From the NCBI GenBank assembly GCA_043228905.1, contig JBHGNT010000002.1, positions 11,966,001 through 12,030,000 on the forward strand: a stretch of 64,000 bases of DNA. The letters run 5' to 3'. Under the pieces are notes generated by a model, which saw only the letters and a list, made by a program, of their open reading frames with translations, made no database searches and was not told the DNA's origin. The translations under genes and the position numbers were made by a program. The DNA is from Azolla caroliniana. Its lineage: Eukaryota > Plantae > Polypodiophyta. Shown one piece after another: positions 59,962-64,000 of the stretch; position 1 is the stretch's first letter; every line of letters starts with the position of its first letter.

Positions 59962-62900
59962 GCCGGAGCAAAACGGCGTGGTCGAGAGGAAAAATTGGTC
60001 GGTTGTGGAAGCGGCATGCGCAATGCTGGAGGAGAAGAGCTTGCCCAAGTTCTACTGGGCCGAGGTGGTATGAACCGCGGTATACTTCCAGAACCGGATC
60101 GGAGAAAAAGTGTCGGCGCACGAACTATACTTCGGAACGAAGCCGAATTTGTGACACTTATGAGTTTTCGGTAGCATTGCGTATGTGCATGTGCCGAAGG
60201 AGAAAAGGAGGAAGTTGGATGCCAAAGCCGAGAAGTGTATCTTGGTCGGCTATTTGGACGAGCAGAAGGGTTATAAGTGCTATAACCCACATACCAAACA
60301 AGCACGCATGAGCCGCGACGTTGTGTTTGATGAGTCCACTTGCCCCCGACTCCGGAACTCGCCTCCAATCCGAGTTCTGACGATGAGGACAGCGAGGCCG
60401 AGGTGCCTCCGGTTGAGCCTGAAATCGGGACCCCTAAGAGAGTTCGATTTCGTTTCGGTTAAGTGGACCGAATGGACGACTGAGTCGGTACGACTAGTCC
60501 GATGAAGAGTCGGCGAGTAGTGGAGACTCGGCCGTGCATTCCCCACGTAGGAAGCCGAGGAGACGGCTTATGCGCAAAGAGAAAGGGAAGAAGAAGGTGT
60601 CAGATTTTGGCACGGATAGGAACGAGTCAGACCGATGCGAGTCCGACTCCGAGGGAAGCGGTGACGGGCCTTCAGGAGCGAAGTCTGCGTCGGCCAAGAA
60701 GACCTCGACATCGGCTAATGATCGATTACGCCGATCTACCCGCCAAAAGAACCCAATTATGCAGTTCGGATACAACGAGTACATGGCGCATCATTATGCG
60801 TACATGACCCATGTAACGGAAATGCGTGAGCCGAAGAGCTACGCAGAAGCGGTGAAGGATGCGAATTGGCGCGCCGCGATGGAGGAAGAGATGCACGCAT
60901 TGGCGGAAAACGAGACCTGGGACCTGGTTGACGCACCGAAGGGTGTGAATCCAATCGGATGTAGGTGGGTGTACAAGGTCAAGTACAACACCGACGGCTC
61001 GGTCAACCGATACAAGGCCCGGTTAGTGGCAAAAGGCTACGCGCAGAAACACGACATCGACTACGATAAGACGTTCGCGTCGATCGCGAAGATGACGACC
61101 GTCCGTGTTTTGCTCGCGGTAGCTGTGGCCAAGGGGTGGCACTTACATCAAATGGATGTAAAGAATGCGTTCCTACAAGGTGAGCTTGAGGACCAAGTGT
61201 ACATGGTACAACCCCTCAGATTTCACTCCGGAACGAACACGTCGGCAGTGTGCCGATTGAAGAAGTCCCTTTACGAACTGAAGCAAGCCCTGCATGCCTG
61301 GAATGCGAAGATCACGCATCGGTTGTGTCGCATGGGCTTTGCGACGTCAAAATCAGACTCCTCGTTGTTCATTCGGAAAGGTCGACTCGGGCCGGTCAGT
61401 ATTTTACCCTATGTTGATGACTTGGTCATCACCGGCGCCAACCTAGGTGAACTCAACCGCGTGAAGCTCTAGTTTGCGTCATCATTCGACATGAAGGATC
61501 TAGGGGACCTTCATTACTTCCTCGGGATCGAGGTGATCCACACCCCCGAAGGCATACTAATCAGCCAACGTCATTATGCGTTGAATATGCTCTTCAAATT
61601 CGGGATGGCAGACTGTAAGTCCGTCTCGACTCCTCCGGATAGAACTGTGAAGCTTCGCCCCAATTCCGGCAAGGTTTGCGATCCGACAAGGTTCCGACAA
61701 ATTGTCGGAAGCCTTATCTACTTGCCAATCACCCAACCCGATCTTAGTTACCCGGTCGGGGTGATCAGTCAATTTATGGCGTGACCTACCGAGGAGCACC
61801 TTCAGTGTGCGCAACGCGTACTGCGGTACGTAAGCATCACTAAGGACCGGGGACTGCTATATCGGACCAATACGGCCCCGCAATTGGTCAGCTACACCGA
61901 TGCTGACTGGGCCGGCAATGTCGCAGATTGTCGATCCACATCCGGATACGCATTCTCTCTTGGGAGTGCCGCGATAGCATGGAGTAGCAAGAAGCAGCCG
62001 ACAGTTGCACTGTCGAGCACCAAAGCTGAGTACCGAGGAGCGGCTATCGCGACATGTGAAGCCATATTGTTGAAGCGGCTACTTAAGGATCTGCAAGTGG
62101 AGGTGTCCGATCCGACGACGATCTACTGTGACAACCTCAACAACATCCACCTCGCGAAGAACCCCGTCTTCCATGCACGGACCAAGCATATTGAGGTGCA
62201 TTACCATTTTTTCCGTGAGCGTGTCCTTTCTGGTGAAGTCGAACTTCAGTATGTTCCGACGGATCGGCAGACCGCCGACATCTTCACCAAGCCTCTTGGT
62301 CTGGACAAGTTACGGCAATTCTCGGGTGCGCTTGGGTTGCATCACAACGAAGTGCCAAACTTGAGGGGGAGAAACGTCCCAGATGACCACGAAAGGGAGT
62401 GGGAAAGGAGCGGAAAAGACCGTGGCTCGGCTGAAGAAGCCGAGAGCGGATCCGCGGAAGAGTCCGAAAACAGACGTAAGGGGAGTAGCCGAAAGAAAAT
62501 GCTGGAGCCAACCAGGCATGGGGGAGATGACGCCGTCAAAGGCGAGAAGACCGAAGACGAGTTGGAGATAGCCAACTCGGACGAGAGTGAAAACCGATCG
62601 GAGGTAGCCAAGTCGGTTCGGATGTTTGATTCAAATACACTGAATCAACTAAGGGCCAAGCAGAAAAGAAGGCAGCAGGAGAAGCGCCAACACCGCGATA
62701 GCAAGGGAGCTGTGAAGGGCCGTGGGAGGAGACAAGCCGACCAGAAGGGTCAAAGCACGCGGAGTCGAACAGATCGAGGAGCGCGAGCGAGGCGTGTAGC
62801 CAGGAGAAGTCGGAGCGTAGATCTGGCAGAGCTGGCGGAACCTCAAGTTGAGCTTGAGGGGGAGTGTTGAGAAACAAGCTCAACATTTGTGCGTAATCCG

Positions 62901-63256
62901 ATGCGTAAAGCCAGTACGCAAAACGGTGCGTAGGAAGGTCGTATCGGTCCGTAGACCGAAAGACCATTAGAAAGTTATTCCTCGTAAGGAATAGTTTTGG
63001 GAGTAAGTGTTGAGGCTCATTTATGAGCAATCAAGTATTGTCAGTACTTATGTCAGCCCATTGTCAGGGCTTGTATAAAAGTGCTCATTGAGCACATCCT
63101 ATCAGTACAGATTGAGTATTATTTTTTAATTAAGTTTTGTGTGTTTACTCTCTCTCTGTCTCTCCCGTGCGTACAATGCAAACCTAAGCTTTCCATTAAA
63201 CCTGCGTATTCTATTCTTCGGTTTTCCTATATTGCTTCCACACACTATTCTTTTCA

Positions 63257-64000
63257 GTTTTGAACCCTCCACAAGCAGGGGGAGTCAAGGCAACACCAGA
63301 ACCTGGCAAGGAAAGGCTGTGACGAATTGTTGGTACTGTGGTTGAAAGGGCCACAAAGAGAGTGAGTGCTTGAGAAAGAGGGTTGATTCAGAAAAGAATG
63401 GATCAAGCCAAGGTGATGCAGATATGCAACACAGATCACACTTCGTAGAAGGCTTAGGGCGAGTCGAAGTAGGTGATGCCCTCATGATGAAGGACAATGC
63501 CAATCGGATGGGAGTACGTACCATGAAGCTAGAGGAGGTCTGGTATGTTGATTCTGGAGCTTCCAACCACATGAGGAACCATGAAGAATGGTTCTCCTTT
63601 CTTGAGCAGCCGGAATGACCGGGAGTTGTCGAAACTGATGACAACCCCATGCATCCCATTGAGCATGTGGGTGATGTACCGCTTAGTCATGTCGGACAGA
63701 AAGGACTGATGCGGAATGTGTTGCATGTCCCGATAATTGCAAATACTTTGTTTCTATCGGAAAATTCATCCATCAGGGAATGCAAGTACGGTTTAATCAC
63801 CATGACTACATCATTGAGGATGAGGGTAGTTGATCGTGCGTGGGCGCAGAGACAGGAGGATGTTAATCCTCGAGACGAATGACGTTGGTGTTGCAATGTT
63901 TGCACGTGGACAAAAGGTCAAATCTGACATCAACTTATGGCACAAGTGGGTTGGTTACATCAACTATCCGAAGCTTCAAGAGTTATAGTCGAAACAAGTG
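63257..64000 (+). pseudogene. Decayed Copia gag knuckle, protease and pre-integrase fragment
   Basis: CWYCG*KGHKESEC, WYVDSGASNHM, LWHK; probably the continuation of the gag broken at 30072. Confidence 0.85.

Larger units (their letters stand above)
36061..63256 (+). mobile_element. Ty1/Copia element hosting the Gypsy tandem array
   Basis: 5' LTR remnant 36061-36224, PBS tggtatcagagc 36225-36236, gag-protease 36309-37799, integrase-RT-RH 58793-62370 with stops, PPT 62855-62864, 3' LTR 62865-63256. Confidence 0.93.

Noticed and set aside
58896-60311. 471-aa repetitive ORF
   Set aside because: It is an alternative frame of the 264-bp integrase repeats
1-64000. Numerous 60-200 aa ORFs in the track
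   Set aside because: They are antisense or off-frame shadows of retroelement genes, LTRs and repeats; no host gene was recognised

Overview
A gene-free nest of plant LTR retrotransposons, with at least a dozen insertions of different ages; the element families suggest a non-seed land plant (inference). It contains: decayed Ty1/Copia elements of two families; a young intact self-priming chromovirus (8986-14722); fragments of a long-LTR Ty3/Gypsy family; a hAT-type MITE; and an Athila-like non-chromoviral Ty3/Gypsy family encoding gag-pol plus a 991-aa ORF2. That last family occurs as an old decayed copy (1848-17005) and as a young 21-kb shared-LTR tandem array of autonomous and non-autonomous units (37800-58787, TSD GCCAG). 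Main observation: this family has no polypurine tract. Two nucleotides before the 3' LTR, the coding strand instead carries the 3' end of mature tRNA-Arg(UCU) including CCA, i.e. an inverted second primer-binding site. It is 17-18 nt long in the coding elements and 57 nt in the non-autonomous partner. A conventional tRNA-Arg-like PBS also follows the 5' LTR, which suggests both DNA strands are tRNA-primed. All coordinates were read by eye; no database searches were run.
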